Assembly: GCA_937903035.1 (NCBI GenBank)
Contig: CALCZP010000003.1
Location: 1,156 to 65,155 of the forward strand
DNA: 64,000 nucleotides
From: an uncultured bacterium
Lineage (GTDB): Bacteria; Patescibacteriota; Minisyncoccia; Phycocordibacterales; UBA9973
Direction of reading: 5' to 3'
The translations under genes were made by a program, and so were the position numbers. The first letter of the stretch is position 1; each line of letters starts with the position of its first letter. The notes under the pieces were generated by a model that was not told the DNA's origin, ran no database searches, and was given only the letters and a program-made list of their open reading frames with translations. Of this stretch, positions 9,804 to 19,190 are shown in pieces.

Positions 9804-9879
9804 ATGTGTGGATGCTGTCCGTTCATCGAGAGCTGACAGCGTTCTCGTTATACCAGAAAAGACTGATGAAATCTAGACC

Positions 9880-10296
9880 TTAGAGAAAGAGTGCAATCGC
9901 AAGGAGGAGTGTGGCAAATGCCGATCCGAGACACCAATGACACCAGTGCTTGATAACAAATGCCTGAAGACCTACTAGGTAGAGCGTAAACAACACCCCT
10001 GCCCCGGTAATACCTCTGATGAGATTATGTACCAGTGGCGTATCCATACACGGAAGGATGAGTAGTCCAGCATAGAGAAGTCCTATCACGATATAGTACC
10101 CAAGTCCCATCAATTCATTCGGGATACCAAGGGTTGTCGCATGCGTGCTATGAACCACATATTCGCAACCATTTCGAGGGCAGACGAGCTTGGTATTGGA
10201 CTTCTTTTTGCGGTAGATATGGCTTGCTACCCCCAAACCAATCACTGAGGCCAATAGGCCGAGATATATGTTCATGACAGAAAGTATATCATGCAC
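9880..10296 (-). CDS. Vitamin K epoxide reductase (VKOR) family membrane protein
   Basis: Four TM helices. Loop Cys pair (CPRNGC) and TM CxxC (CHWC) are characteristic of bacterial VKOR homologues. Confidence 0.65.
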   Translation of the reverse strand: MHDILSVMNIYLGLLASVIGLGVASHIYRKKKSNTKLVCPRNGCEYVVHSTHATTLGIPNELMGLGYYIVIGLLYAGLLILPCMDTPLVHNLIRGITGAGVLFTLYLVGLQAFVIKHWCHWCLGSAFATLLLAIALFL

Positions 10297-10386
10297 ATAT
10301 TGACTTTCCCCTCTTAATAAAGGATAGTTATGGTATTAGAAATAGAATGTTTCGATAATAATTTTAAATGTATGGAAGGAGGAGAA

Positions 10387-10920
10387 ATGAACTGGAAAGA
10401 AAAGCTTGAGTCAAAATCAGAAGATCTACTCGATCAATACAATGCACTCTGGAGTGAACTTACTGCTACAGAAGGAATTGCTGATGATAAGTATGAGCAA
10501 TGGAAAAAAGATATTGCTGCAATTAGCGCAGAGCGTGAAATGATCAGTACCGAGATCAAAGACAAGGAGGCTCTCCGTGTCGTATTGCTTGCAAAAAAAC
10601 ACCGTCTTCAAGCGGCAGCGCAATGGTCATGGGAAGATATGGAACATGATGCAAAAGGCGCTATCAATCCTGATGAATGGGCAGATCAGCGTACTAAAAT
10701 CCAGATGGAACTCGCGAAAACAATTGACGAACTCAAAGCAATTGAACAAGGGATCCCTCAGGTTGCATCAACTACTTCTCAAGAAGACATTGATACTCTC
10801 AAAGATGAGCTTGCATCAAATGCTGAGGGTGGTGCAAACTTCGAAGCCAATATTGTAAAAATGAACAAAGAACTCGGTATTGATACAAAAGATGCTGATG
10901 ATGTAGCAAAAGCTGCATAA
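10387..10920 (+). CDS. Hypothetical acidic coiled-coil protein
   Basis: Start placed at MNWKEKLE after the SD-like aaggaggagaa. The track ORF begins 57 nt earlier. Confidence 0.4.
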   Translation: MNWKEKLESKSEDLLDQYNALWSELTATEGIADDKYEQWKKDIAAISAEREMISTEIKDKEALRVVLLAKKHRLQAAAQWSWEDMEHDAKGAINPDEWADQRTKIQMELAKTIDELKAIEQGIPQVASTTSQEDIDTLKDELASNAEGGANFEANIVKMNKELGIDTKDADDVAKAA

Positions 10921-10962
10921 ACTACCCCCCTACTCAAAAAGAACCCTCTCACGAGGGTTCTT

Positions 10963-11940
10963 TTGTTTACAGAACAAAGTGCTACACTTGGATATATGGA
11001 ACATATAAAACAGAACCAGGAATCAATCGAAAATTCAGCATCTACTCCTCTGGAGACCATTCCGGAGATACAGCATATTCAGGCCACAGACAAAGAGAAT
11101 CCTGAGAAGCTCCTTAAAGAAATTCAGGATATGAGCCAACATATCAAGGAGACTGCTCAAAAACTTTCAAGCGCTCCTCATGAAGAACTATCAGCACCAG
11201 CAATACCGCTCTACGATGAGCAGCCAAAGTCATCTTCAAAGCCAGGGTTTTTTAGTGGGTTATTCAAAAAAGTAGCTCTAATTACCGGCCTTGGCCTTAC
11301 AACAATGAGTGCACAAGCAACCGAAAAAGACAGTACCATTGCAAAGACTGGCAAACCTACAACAACAGAAGTAAAAGGTTCTACAAAAGAGTCACTAAAG
11401 CAGATCAGCTTTAGTCGAGAAAACCAGAAAGCAGAGTCACTTACTCTCGTTGGAAAGCTCAACATACCAATGAATGACCCGGATATCGAAGTCGTTATCC
11501 TTGGACTTACCGGAGATGAGCATGCGACTAACAAGATAGACCAGATCAACGCTGCAATCAAAAAGCTTGGCTACACCCCTGCCTCAGCAGAGCTTGCTGA
11601 ACGTGCAATGGATGAACACGGGATGAACCTCGTCAAATCTATTTCATCAGTAATGGCTACTGGTGAGTATTATCGATCAAATGATGATACAAACCCTACC
11701 GAAACTATTTCGATCAAGAAAGACAGTACGGGCATCAACTCAGGTGAAGCACGCAAAGGAGGTAATACAACAGTTGCTATTGTTGCAAACATTGGAAATG
11801 GCGCAAAGTTTCAATCACGAGAAATTGGCAGTGATACTGCACTAGAGCAATTCAAATACACTGAGTATGGCTATCTCGCCTACCGACTCAAGTCTCCTAC
11901 CACTGCACAATACGCGGATGGTATTGCGAAAGTAAAATAG
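10963..11940 (+). CDS. Hypothetical protein with a central TM segment (325 aa)
   Basis: ORF followed by a strong terminator. One TM segment (GFFSGLFKKVALITGLGL). Confidence 0.45.
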   Translation: MFTEQSATLGYMEHIKQNQESIENSASTPLETIPEIQHIQATDKENPEKLLKEIQDMSQHIKETAQKLSSAPHEELSAPAIPLYDEQPKSSSKPGFFSGLFKKVALITGLGLTTMSAQATEKDSTIAKTGKPTTTEVKGSTKESLKQISFSRENQKAESLTLVGKLNIPMNDPDIEVVILGLTGDEHATNKIDQINAAIKKLGYTPASAELAERAMDEHGMNLVKSISSVMATGEYYRSNDDTNPTETISIKKDSTGINSGEARKGGNTTVAIVANIGNGAKFQSREIGSDTALEQFKYTEYGYLAYRLKSPTTAQYADGIAKVK

Positions 11941-11946
11941 TCAACC

Positions 11947-11975
11947 AAAAACCTCCCCAATCGGGGAGGTTTTTT
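11947..11975 (+). terminator. Rho-independent terminator
   Basis: aaacctcccc-aatc-ggggaggttt plus T-run. Confidence 0.7.
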
Positions 11976-11977
11976 AA

Positions 11978-13003
11978 TTAGACCATTTCAGTTTTATAGG
12001 TAGATACCAATGCATAGATAAACGAGACCACAAGCGGTCCGATGATGATACCAACTGGTCCCATAAATGCAATACCGCCGAGCACCGCAAACAGAACGAG
12101 GAGTGGGTGGATATCAATCGATCGCCCTACAATGAGCGGATTGAGGAAGTTATCAAGCATACCTACCAAAAGTGCTGACCAAAGGGCAAATCCGATTGCT
12201 GCTGCATCACGCCCTACTGCAGCCAAAAAGAGTACTGCGGGGACTGAGATAAGTGATGTACCAATGGTAGGGATGAGTGAGGCTACCCCAGCAACAACAC
12301 CCCAAAGCGCTGCATGTGGGATACCAAAGATATACATACCAAATCCCATCAAAAGCCCCTGGGCTACCGCGATCAATAGATAGCCTTTGATAATACCGTT
12401 TGCTGAGACACGGAGCTTCTGAATAATTTGATTGCTGGCATCATCAGAGAGTGGACTAATGTTTACGAGCATTGCCTTCCACTGCTTTCCATCTTTGAAG
12501 AGATAGAACATACACAGTGCGACCAAGAGCAATGAAAAGATAGTTGAGATGGTAGCCGTAAATATTGACCCTACCCCACTCGTGATCCGAGACACGAGAG
12601 CACTGATGTTTGAACTTACATCAATCGATGCCGGGAAAAATCGAGAGACTACATGGTTGACTGCAGTAGTTACTTTCCCTACACCGCCGTTCTCAGCAAT
12701 CCATTGTGTGAGGTTTTGTGATTGAGTAAATACTGCCGATCCAACTGCAAAGATTGGTACACACAAAATAAGGATAAAACATATTACCGTGAGCAATGCC
12801 GCAAGCCATGAGATATTGCGAGTCACCCGACGGAGAAACCATTTGTAGAGCGGTGTGAATACTGAGGCAAGTGCAAGTGAGAGTAATATCACCGTTGCAA
12901 ACGGCCAGAGCATCAGTACCAACAATACTGACGAAACGAGAAAGAGTGAGAAGAATACGTATTTTTTCATTGAGTTGTCATGCATAGATCGATTGTACCC
13001 CAA
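11978..13003 (-). CDS. AI-2E family transporter (PerM/YhhT-like, UPF0118)
   Basis: Eight-TM profile typical of the AI-2E family. The start may be the internal MKKYV at ~12970. Confidence 0.75.
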   Translation of the reverse strand: MGYNRSMHDNSMKKYVFFSLFLVSSVLLVLMLWPFATVILLSLALASVFTPLYKWFLRRVTRNISWLAALLTVICFILILCVPIFAVGSAVFTQSQNLTQWIAENGGVGKVTTAVNHVVSRFFPASIDVSSNISALVSRITSGVGSIFTATISTIFSLLLVALCMFYLFKDGKQWKAMLVNISPLSDDASNQIIQKLRVSANGIIKGYLLIAVAQGLLMGFGMYIFGIPHAALWGVVAGVASLIPTIGTSLISVPAVLFLAAVGRDAAAIGFALWSALLVGMLDNFLNPLIVGRSIDIHPLLVLFAVLGGIAFMGPVGIIIGPLVVSFIYALVSTYKTEMV

Positions 13004-13038
13004 AACAAAAAGCCGGCCTAGCCGACTATCTGTATCTG

Positions 13039-13122
13039 TGCGTGAGAGAGGACTTGAACCTCCAAGGGATTACTCCCGCTACCACCTCAAGGTAGTGCGT
13101 CTACCAGTTTCGCCACCCACGC
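13039..13122 (-). tRNA. tRNA-Leu (anticodon GAG), long variable arm
   Basis: Acceptor GCGTGGG/CTCACGC, anticodon stem-loop CTACC-TTGAGGT-GGTAG, 16-nt variable arm, T-loop TTCAAGT. Confidence 0.85.
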
Positions 13123-13202
13123 ATTCACTTCAATTGAAGTACTCCGTACTATACCAAAATACAGGCCAAGCGCAACACCGTCCTTGTGGGACGGTGTTTG
13201 TA

Positions 13203-13613
13203 TTACGCTTCAGTGTTTTCTACTGGAGCAACTTCGGTCTCTGTTTCTTCGACAGGAGCCTTGCCAGTGAGAATGCGCTTCATCTTACGACGGATTTCCT
13301 TTGCAGCCTTTTCTCGAACGTAGTAGAGCTTTGCACGTCGAGTCTTTGCCTTTTTAGTAACCTCGATCTTGTCCACGAGTGGAGAGTAGAGTGGAAATAC
13401 ACGTTCAACACCCACACCACTTGCGATCTTGCGAACCGTAAAGGTCGCTGATACACCAGTACCATGCTTGCGCGCGAGTACGAGACCTTCGAATGCCTGA
13501 AGACGGTATTTGCCCTTATCTTCGATTTTTGACCAGACGCGAACCGTGTCGCCTGATACAAAATCAAGCTTTTTTCGTGCTTCGACGTCTACTGGGCTGA
13601 ATGTTGTTGCCAT
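13203..13613 (-). CDS. rplS: 50S ribosomal protein L19 with C-terminal extension
   Basis: The L19 core ([44 protein letters not shown]) is recognisable. Confidence 0.9.
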   Translation of the reverse strand: MATTFSPVDVEARKKLDFVSGDTVRVWSKIEDKGKYRLQAFEGLVLARKHGTGVSATFTVRKIASGVGVERVFPLYSPLVDKIEVTKKAKTRRAKLYYVREKAAKEIRRKMKRILTGKAPVEETETEVAPVENTEA

Positions 13614-13628
13614 AGAGCCCTTACTCTA

Positions 13629-14351
13629 TCACGCTCCTGTGTAGTTCGCAAGAGCCCGGCTGAAGTCCTCTGGATAGGGTGCTGTGACGGAAACCTGGGC
13701 TCCGTCGGGTGCTGTAAAGCTAATAGTTCTGGCATGGAGTGCAACCCGAGCAAAGCCAAGTGCCATTGGATGACTCTCGCCATAGAGCCTGTCCCCCACA
13801 ATTGGCCGCTGCAGGTATTTGAGATGCACCCTGATCTGATGGGTTCGTCCTGTTTTCGGAAATGCCTGTACCAATGAGAACTTCTCACCTTCTGTTTCAA
13901 ACTGGATAAGCGGCTTGACGAGTGTCACCGCATCTCGCATCTCACCGCGCGTGCCACGACCCGCATGCCATCGACGAAAGTCAGTCTTGTTGCGACCAAT
14001 CGGCACATCGACTGTCACCGCAAGATCTTTGAAGTGCCCCCAGACAAATGCGTGGTACTCCTTGTCGATATTGCGATCTTTGAACTGCTGCTTGAGGTAT
14101 TCAAATGAGTCTTGGGTCTTGGCAAGGACGAGTGCACCACTCGTCTCTTCATCGAGGCGATGCACAATACCTGGACGATCAATAGACTTCCCATCCACAA
14201 GCATCGGCTCACCCACTCCTTTCATTTCAGGATGAGTCTTAAGTATCCAGTCTACCAAACTCGGTTTGTTTCCCTTCCCATCAGCATGAACCATCAGCCC
14301 AGCAGGTTTGTTGATGATGAGCAGATCATCGTTTTCAAAAAGTATTTCCAT
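13629..14351 (-). CDS. RluA-family pseudouridine synthase
   Basis: Catalytic motif HRLDEETSGALVLAKT. Confidence 0.85.
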   Translation of the reverse strand: MEILFENDDLLIINKPAGLMVHADGKGNKPSLVDWILKTHPEMKGVGEPMLVDGKSIDRPGIVHRLDEETSGALVLAKTQDSFEYLKQQFKDRNIDKEYHAFVWGHFKDLAVTVDVPIGRNKTDFRRWHAGRGTRGEMRDAVTLVKPLIQFETEGEKFSLVQAFPKTGRTHQIRVHLKYLQRPIVGDRLYGESHPMALGFARVALHARTISFTAPDGAQVSVTAPYPEDFSRALANYTGA

Positions 14352-14374
14352 AAAAAGTAAACGACCCCTAATTA

Positions 14375-14587
14375 CTAATTAAGAGGTCGTTTTGGGAGGC
14401 TTCCGCCAACATAGAGTTTATCATCATCAATTTCGTATGAAGCAATAAAACCTTCTGGCACTTCGTTGATATAAAGAGTTAGACCACCAAGTGTGTTTTC
14501 GTCGATAACGATTTCAGCAAGATTGCTTTTTTTTGCTTCTTCATACTTTTTTTCGACAAGATCTGTAAATGCTGGATTTGTATGCAT
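14375..14587 (-). CDS. Hypothetical small protein (70 aa)
   Basis: ORF lying between rluA and the kinase on the same strand. Confidence 0.35.
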   Translation of the reverse strand: MHTNPAFTDLVEKKYEEAKKSNLAEIVIDENTLGGLTLYINEVPEGFIASYEIDDDKLYVGGSLPKRPLN

Positions 14588-14617
14588 AAAATAATTTGTT
14601 TTATTATTATATATAAT

Positions 14618-15319
14618 CTATTTTTTGTCAATAGAATGTCTCAATCCGGTCGGACGAAGTGCACTTTTGAGGCTTCGCACCATCTGAAGATCATCCTTGA
14701 AGACACCAGAAACTTGATCATACTTTCCTGTTTTTTGATTATAGACAGTTGCAAGTTGCTCATAGGTAAAATCACTTCCTGTCCCTTCAGTTGCAGTACC
14801 AAAGTCAATAATAACAGGCATGCCTTGATTATTAATCATGACATTTCGAACATGTAAGTCCCGATGATAGATACCTGCATTATGCATTTTTAGGATCTGG
14901 TCATCTAAATCATTTGCAAATATTTGATATGAAAAATTTTCTGGTAACTGAGATGGATCTTGAATTGCTTGTTCTACCGTACAGCCATCAACACGTTCCA
15001 TAATAAGAAAACTTCCTTTATCTGTATCAATAGAAATCAATGCAAGTGGAGTACGAACACCTGCCTCGCGAGCTTTTCCTTGGAATTTATTTTCTTCGTC
15101 AATACTATTACAAATGAGCTGCTGCTTCTCCTTGATGCGCTTTAGACAAACCTTACTAAACTGACCGCCTTCTATCGCAAAAACTTCTGCATTTCCTCCT
15201 TCGCCAATTGATTCAGCATGTATTTCAAGAGAATTAATACATTCAAGCAATGCTTCAGTTTCTTTTGTCTCAACAATCTTTCTTACTTTTCGCATTTCGA
15301 AAGGTTGAATGTGTTCCAT
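14618..15319 (-). CDS. Small eukaryotic-like protein kinase (RIO/Bud32/Kdo-kinase-like, 233 aa)
   Basis: Gly-rich loop IGEGGNAEVF, VAIK-like lysine (KVCLKRIK), catalytic loop HRDLHVRNVMI, and DFG (IDFGTA). Confidence 0.6.
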   Translation of the reverse strand: MEHIQPFEMRKVRKIVETKETEALLECINSLEIHAESIGEGGNAEVFAIEGGQFSKVCLKRIKEKQQLICNSIDEENKFQGKAREAGVRTPLALISIDTDKGSFLIMERVDGCTVEQAIQDPSQLPENFSYQIFANDLDDQILKMHNAGIYHRDLHVRNVMINNQGMPVIIDFGTATEGTGSDFTYEQLATVYNQKTGKYDQVSGVFKDDLQMVRSLKSALRPTGLRHSIDKK

Positions 15320-15325
15320 ATGTTG

Positions 15326-15398
15326 TGCGCCCTGAGGGATTCGAACCCCCGACCTTCGCTGTGTAAAAGCGCTGCTCTACCAACTGAGCTAAGAGCGC
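15326..15398 (-). tRNA. tRNA-Val (anticodon TAC)
   Basis: Acceptor GCGCTCT/AGGGCGC, D-arm GCTCAGTTGGTAGAGC, anticodon loop TTTACAC, T-arm GGGGG-TTCGAAT-CCCTC. Confidence 0.85.
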
Positions 15399-15481
15399 AT
15401 TGTGTGCGCTTCGTCAATATACTGAAAATCCTCCTGTTTTGCAAATCACTTTCACTACGCTACTATACGAGTGTACTGTTT

Positions 15482-15553
15482 GCCCCTGTAGTTAAATGGA
15501 TATAACTGCGGACTTCTAAGCCGTTATTGTAGGTTCGATTCCTACCGGGGGCA
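15482..15553 (+). tRNA. tRNA-Arg (anticodon TCT)
   Basis: Acceptor GCCCCTG/CGGGGGC, anticodon loop CTTCTAA, T-arm GTAGG-TTCGATT-CCTAC. Confidence 0.8.
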
Positions 15554-15555
15554 CC

Positions 15556-15831
15556 TTAGTTTTGATTTGAAACCGTACTAGTACGCTTTTGGATCGTACT
15601 TTCAATCGTATCAAGACGATCCTCTATCGCTTTAATGGTTGCACCATTGGTTTCAAGTGTTGGGACAGCTTGTGCATCGAGTTCTTGCACGGTCTGGGTA
15701 AAGAACCAGCTAAAATACAGAAGCTCAGCCGCGAGGACGAGAATAAAGCATGACAAAAAGTATGTCCAAAACCGATGCGGATTGAACTGTTGGTTTCTAT
15801 GATGACTTGTTTTGAATGCGTGATGAACCAT
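15556..15831 (-). CDS. Hypothetical single-TM protein, last gene of the pilMNO operon (PilP-like position)
   Basis: One TM helix followed by a coiled-coil tail. Immediately follows the PilO-like gene. Confidence 0.4.
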   Translation of the reverse strand: MVHHAFKTSHHRNQQFNPHRFWTYFLSCFILVLAAELLYFSWFFTQTVQELDAQAVPTLETNGATIKAIEDRLDTIESTIQKRTSTVSNQN

Positions 15832-15836
15832 AGATA

Positions 15837-16367
15837 TTAAAAGCTTATCACCTCAAACCCTCCAAGCACATCCCATGCTGGACCACCCTTTGCCTCTTTA
15901 TCCAAATACAATGAGAAGCTCGTAAAGCGCACTTGATACACCTGATGATTAATATCTGACAGAAATGCCTGGAGATTCACGAGTGACCCTTGTGCTGAAA
16001 ATGAAATCGTAAGCTTCTGTGGCCCCGTCTCAACGAGTGGAGTTTCGACCTGTGTGATAGCAAACGTAACACTTCGATTGAGTGCAAGGGTTTCAAGGGA
16101 TGAGAGAAGTGTTGGCAAGTTTTCAGTAGTCACCCGAGCGGCCTCAAGCATAGCTACCCTCTCTCCTGCACGCCCAAGTCTTTTGGTTTCGTCTTGAAAT
16201 ATCTTTTTATTCTGTTCGTATGATGCGAGCCGCTCCTTGATATCAATCACTTGCTGCTTTTTGTACTCCATACTGCGCGCAAATATCGCAAGCACCAATA
16301 TGAGCACTGCGAGCAAGAGCGCGGAGAGGATGACATACATGAGTTTTTTCTTATACAGAGATTCCAT
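15837..16367 (-). CDS. pilO: Type IV pilus assembly protein PilO-like
   Basis: N-terminal TM then coiled-coil and periplasmic domain. Sits in the PilO position after pilM-pilN. Confidence 0.5.
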   Translation of the reverse strand: MESLYKKKLMYVILSALLLAVLILVLAIFARSMEYKKQQVIDIKERLASYEQNKKIFQDETKRLGRAGERVAMLEAARVTTENLPTLLSSLETLALNRSVTFAITQVETPLVETGPQKLTISFSAQGSLVNLQAFLSDINHQVYQVRFTSFSLYLDKEAKGGPAWDVLGGFEVISF

Positions 16368-16368
16368 A

Positions 16369-16923
16369 TTATTTGGTGAATGTTACAGTTATGACAAATT
16401 GCACATCACGACTTTTGACCAAGTTCGACAAAGGACTATCGACATTTGTAATGCCCTTTGTCGAACGAAGCATTTCAACAAAACGCTGCACCCCTTCACG
16501 ACTCAGAGAAGTTCCCGTGATTTGCATGGTTGGTGTGTCACCTTGCTGCATTACAAATCCTGTAAGGGTAATACCTGTAGTCAGTACGCTTCGCACGAGC
16601 GCAACATATGTTGCAGGAGCCTGGACTACAGGTGTTGCAAACTTTTCAACTAAGACCGTTGTTCGAGCCTGGAGATTGCTGACATCAGAAGGACTCACTA
16701 CTGCCCCACTTGCACGAAACTGCTCTACCTGTTTTGTTGCAAGCTCATAGCGAGTATTAATACTCATCAGTGTCGGAATAAACAACAGCATTCCCGCAGC
16801 AATAAGTACTGCAAGCGATATCATTACCGCCATCAAAACCCTGAACATGCGAAGTCGGTCCACCAATTTCTTTTGATTGTATGGGAGAAGATTAATCATG
16901 GTAGTCAGCAAGTGCGAGTCCAA
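16369..16923 (-). CDS. pilN: Type IV pilus assembly protein PilN
   Basis: Canonical MINLLP start, single TM and periplasmic domain. Overlaps pilM. Confidence 0.65.
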   Translation of the reverse strand: MDSHLLTTMINLLPYNQKKLVDRLRMFRVLMAVMISLAVLIAAGMLLFIPTLMSINTRYELATKQVEQFRASGAVVSPSDVSNLQARTTVLVEKFATPVVQAPATYVALVRSVLTTGITLTGFVMQQGDTPTMQITGTSLSREGVQRFVEMLRSTKGITNVDSPLSNLVKSRDVQFVITVTFTK

Positions 16924-17965
16924 TAGCAGTCACATAACTCATTGCAGCTGCTCGAGGAAGCTCAGGGATTGCATGTTCAAATGACATGCAGTTAACCCAT
17001 GGATTTGCCTGAATAACAGTGAGCTTAAGCATCACACTGAGGTAGTCACAAATACCGTTGATATTACTATTCCCTCCGCAAAGATAGATTGTCTTGATAT
17101 TCGGCAATGCCCCATATTGATCTTTACGTTCGTGCCAATACACATAGCGACGATTGATTTCGTCTTTCAAAATTGAGATACCACCAATCAAACTTGAAAA
17201 TATATCTTTATGTTCGCCAATCGTCGAAAGACCGAACTCACGCATGAGACGACCTGCCTCTGGAGTATCAATAGCAAGCTCTTTTGCAAGTGAGTCGATC
17301 AATGTCTCACCGCCAAATTCAAGTGTTGAGGTGTAGACTGCTGTTCCATTGGTCACAATAGTAATACTGCTGCGATGTGCCCCAAAGTCTACAATCATCG
17401 CACTATCTGGATCTCCTGGTTTGAGCACTGCCCGTGCAATCGCCTGCCCATCAAGTTCAAACGATACTGGAATGAGTCCTGCATTATTGAAACATCCAAA
17501 GTAACTCTGTGCGACGACTTCAGACACTGCCATCACTTGTACAACGATCGTTGTCTCATTTTCAAATAGTACTTCATAATCAAATACAGTTTCGACTGCA
17601 CGCAGCGGAATATTTTCTTCGAGCACAAGCTCGATCGCACCTCTTAAGTCTTCTTTTGCTGCCACATCGAGCGGGAGTGTAAATGAATACACCTGACTTT
17701 CAGGGATTGATACGCGCACATAGCTGAGCTTGTATTTCTTGCGAACGTCGGTGAGAAAGTTTGTAAATGCGCGCTCGTTCACGACGCGACCACTTTGCAT
17801 GCAACCTTCAGGGATAGACATTTCAGCGAATGCTACAGGCATGAGTCCATGACGTCGCTCAGCGAGACGAACAAAACGCATCGTCGCATCAGAAAAATCC
17901 AACCCCACAGTTGGAGCTGCAATGAATGTTGGTGTTGGGAACAAGCGAGAGAGAAGCGGTGGCAC
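16892..17965 (-). CDS. pilM: Type IV pilus assembly protein PilM (actin-like ATPase fold)
   Basis: 357 aa with FtsA/PilM-like sequence throughout. Heads a pilM-N-O arrangement. Confidence 0.75.
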   Translation of the reverse strand: MPPLLSRLFPTPTFIAAPTVGLDFSDATMRFVRLAERRHGLMPVAFAEMSIPEGCMQSGRVVNERAFTNFLTDVRKKYKLSYVRVSIPESQVYSFTLPLDVAAKEDLRGAIELVLEENIPLRAVETVFDYEVLFENETTIVVQVMAVSEVVAQSYFGCFNNAGLIPVSFELDGQAIARAVLKPGDPDSAMIVDFGAHRSSITIVTNGTAVYTSTLEFGGETLIDSLAKELAIDTPEAGRLMREFGLSTIGEHKDIFSSLIGGISILKDEINRRYVYWHERKDQYGALPNIKTIYLCGGNSNINGICDYLSVMLKLTVIQANPWVNCMSFEHAIPELPRAAAMSYVTAIGLALADYHD

Positions 17966-17991
17966 GCGTATAGTATACGACAGCGCGCGTA

Positions 17992-18372
17992 CTATCGCAC
18001 GGTAGATCCGGGTGAAACAGTAGTATCAGGTACGAGAAACACCGGTGCACCATCACTACCATCGACTGCCATGAGCATGCCATTTGATTCAAGTCCGCGA
18101 ATTTTGCGCGGTGCAAGGTTTACAACATACAGGAGCTGTCTGCCGATGAGTTGCTCGGGCTGATACCACTCTCTGATACCAGAGAGAATCTGACGCGGTG
18201 TGTCCTCACCAAAGTCAATTTCACATCTGATGAGTTTGTCTGAGTCAGGCACTGCTTCTGCATGAAGCACGGTCCCGATCTTTGCAACGACCTTCTTGAA
18301 ATCATCAAGGGTGATGAAGGGATCAACCTTTGGTTCTTCTGTTTTTACTTCTTCAGGTTCAGTATGTTCCAT
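17992..18372 (-). CDS. tRNA-binding domain protein (CsaA/Trbp111/EMAP-like OB fold)
   Basis: C-terminal OB-fold motif LRCEIDFGEDTPRQILSGIREWYQPEQLIGRQLLYVVNLAPRKIRGLESNGMLMA, as in the MetRS C-terminal/CsaA family. Confidence 0.7.
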   Translation of the reverse strand: MEHTEPEEVKTEEPKVDPFITLDDFKKVVAKIGTVLHAEAVPDSDKLIRCEIDFGEDTPRQILSGIREWYQPEQLIGRQLLYVVNLAPRKIRGLESNGMLMAVDGSDGAPVFLVPDTTVSPGSTVR

Positions 18373-18400
18373 ACGTGCAGTCTAACAGAAGAACACAAAT

Positions 18401-18428
18401 AAAAAAGCCATCCAGGAAAAGGATGGCC
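18401..18428 (-). terminator. Terminator of ruvX (minus strand)
   Basis: On the minus strand: gccatcc-ttttcct-ggatggc followed by T6. Confidence 0.6.
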
Positions 18429-18562
18429 TAAAGCACTAAGAGCACACAAGTGAACCATTGCATAATGAAGGAACGACCGGAATGATACTTTACAGCATGT
18501 GCCCGGGTAAGCTGTGGAGCGGAACTAAGCGTGTTCTGTCTCTTCAGATTTCATACTTTACA

Positions 18563-18946
18563 CTATTTCTTCTGCCTATCAAGAAAGCGCTGGAGGATCA
18601 CCGCAGCTGCAGAGTCGTCCCTGTTCCCCGCTTTGGTCTGGTAGCGGTGTGCTTCAACACTTGAAAAGTCTTCCCTTTGGAAAAAGATCGGGAGCTCTGT
18701 CGCGACTGCAAGCTTTGCTTTGAATGCCTGCACCTTATTCGCGACAGTATTTGAGACTTCATTGCTCGCAATCGATTCGCCTATGATGATCGCACTGACT
18801 TTTTCTGCTGTTGCAATACCAATGATTTCTTCGATGAGTGTACTACCTGATTCGAGAATTGCCTTCGGGAATGCAAACGAGCCATCCTCATCAGAGATGG
18901 CGATACCGACGTGCTTGGTACCATAGTCGATGCCCATGTATTTCAT
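18563..18946 (-). CDS. ruvX: Putative pre-16S rRNA nuclease / Holliday-junction-resolvase-like YqgF
   Basis: MKYMGIDYGTKHVGIAISD N-terminus typical of YqgF/RuvX; 127 aa. Confidence 0.85.
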   Translation of the reverse strand: MKYMGIDYGTKHVGIAISDEDGSFAFPKAILESGSTLIEEIIGIATAEKVSAIIIGESIASNEVSNTVANKVQAFKAKLAVATELPIFFQREDFSSVEAHRYQTKAGNRDDSAAAVILQRFLDRQKK

Positions 18947-19026
18947 GTAGGCATCCTACCATGCGAGTATTGAAAATCCATGGCCTGCATGATAGAGTGC
19001 ATCTGCATCACCGAATGTGAACGCTT

Positions 19027-19116
19027 GGAGGCGTGGCAGAGTGGTCGATTGCACCTGTCTTGAAAACAGGAGTCCTCGTAAGGGGACCGTGAGTTCGAAT
19101 CTCACCGCCTCCGCCA
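19027..19116 (+). tRNA. tRNA-Ser (anticodon TGA), CCA encoded
   Basis: Acceptor GGAGGCG/CGCCTCC, anticodon stem-loop CCTGT-CTTGAAA-ACAGG, long variable arm, T-loop TTCGAAT, 3' GCCA. Confidence 0.9.
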
Positions 19117-19148
19117 TTAACAGGTAGCACGACATGCTATCTGAAATA

Positions 19149-19190
19149 GGTAAACAAAAAGAGCGGATATCCGCTCTTTTTGTTTACCTA
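19149..19190. terminator. Perfect 42-nt palindrome; bidirectional intrinsic terminator between tRNA-Ser and the minus-strand operon
   Basis: aggtaaacaaaaagagcggatat|atatccgctctttttgtttacct is a perfect inverted repeat with U-runs on both strands. It overlaps the stop of the DHH gene. Confidence 0.6.

Noticed and set aside
12042-13451. Plus-strand ORFs 12042-12383 and 12855-13451
   Set aside because: They are antisense to the AI-2E transporter. The second runs across tRNA-Leu and into rplS. Low-complexity translations.
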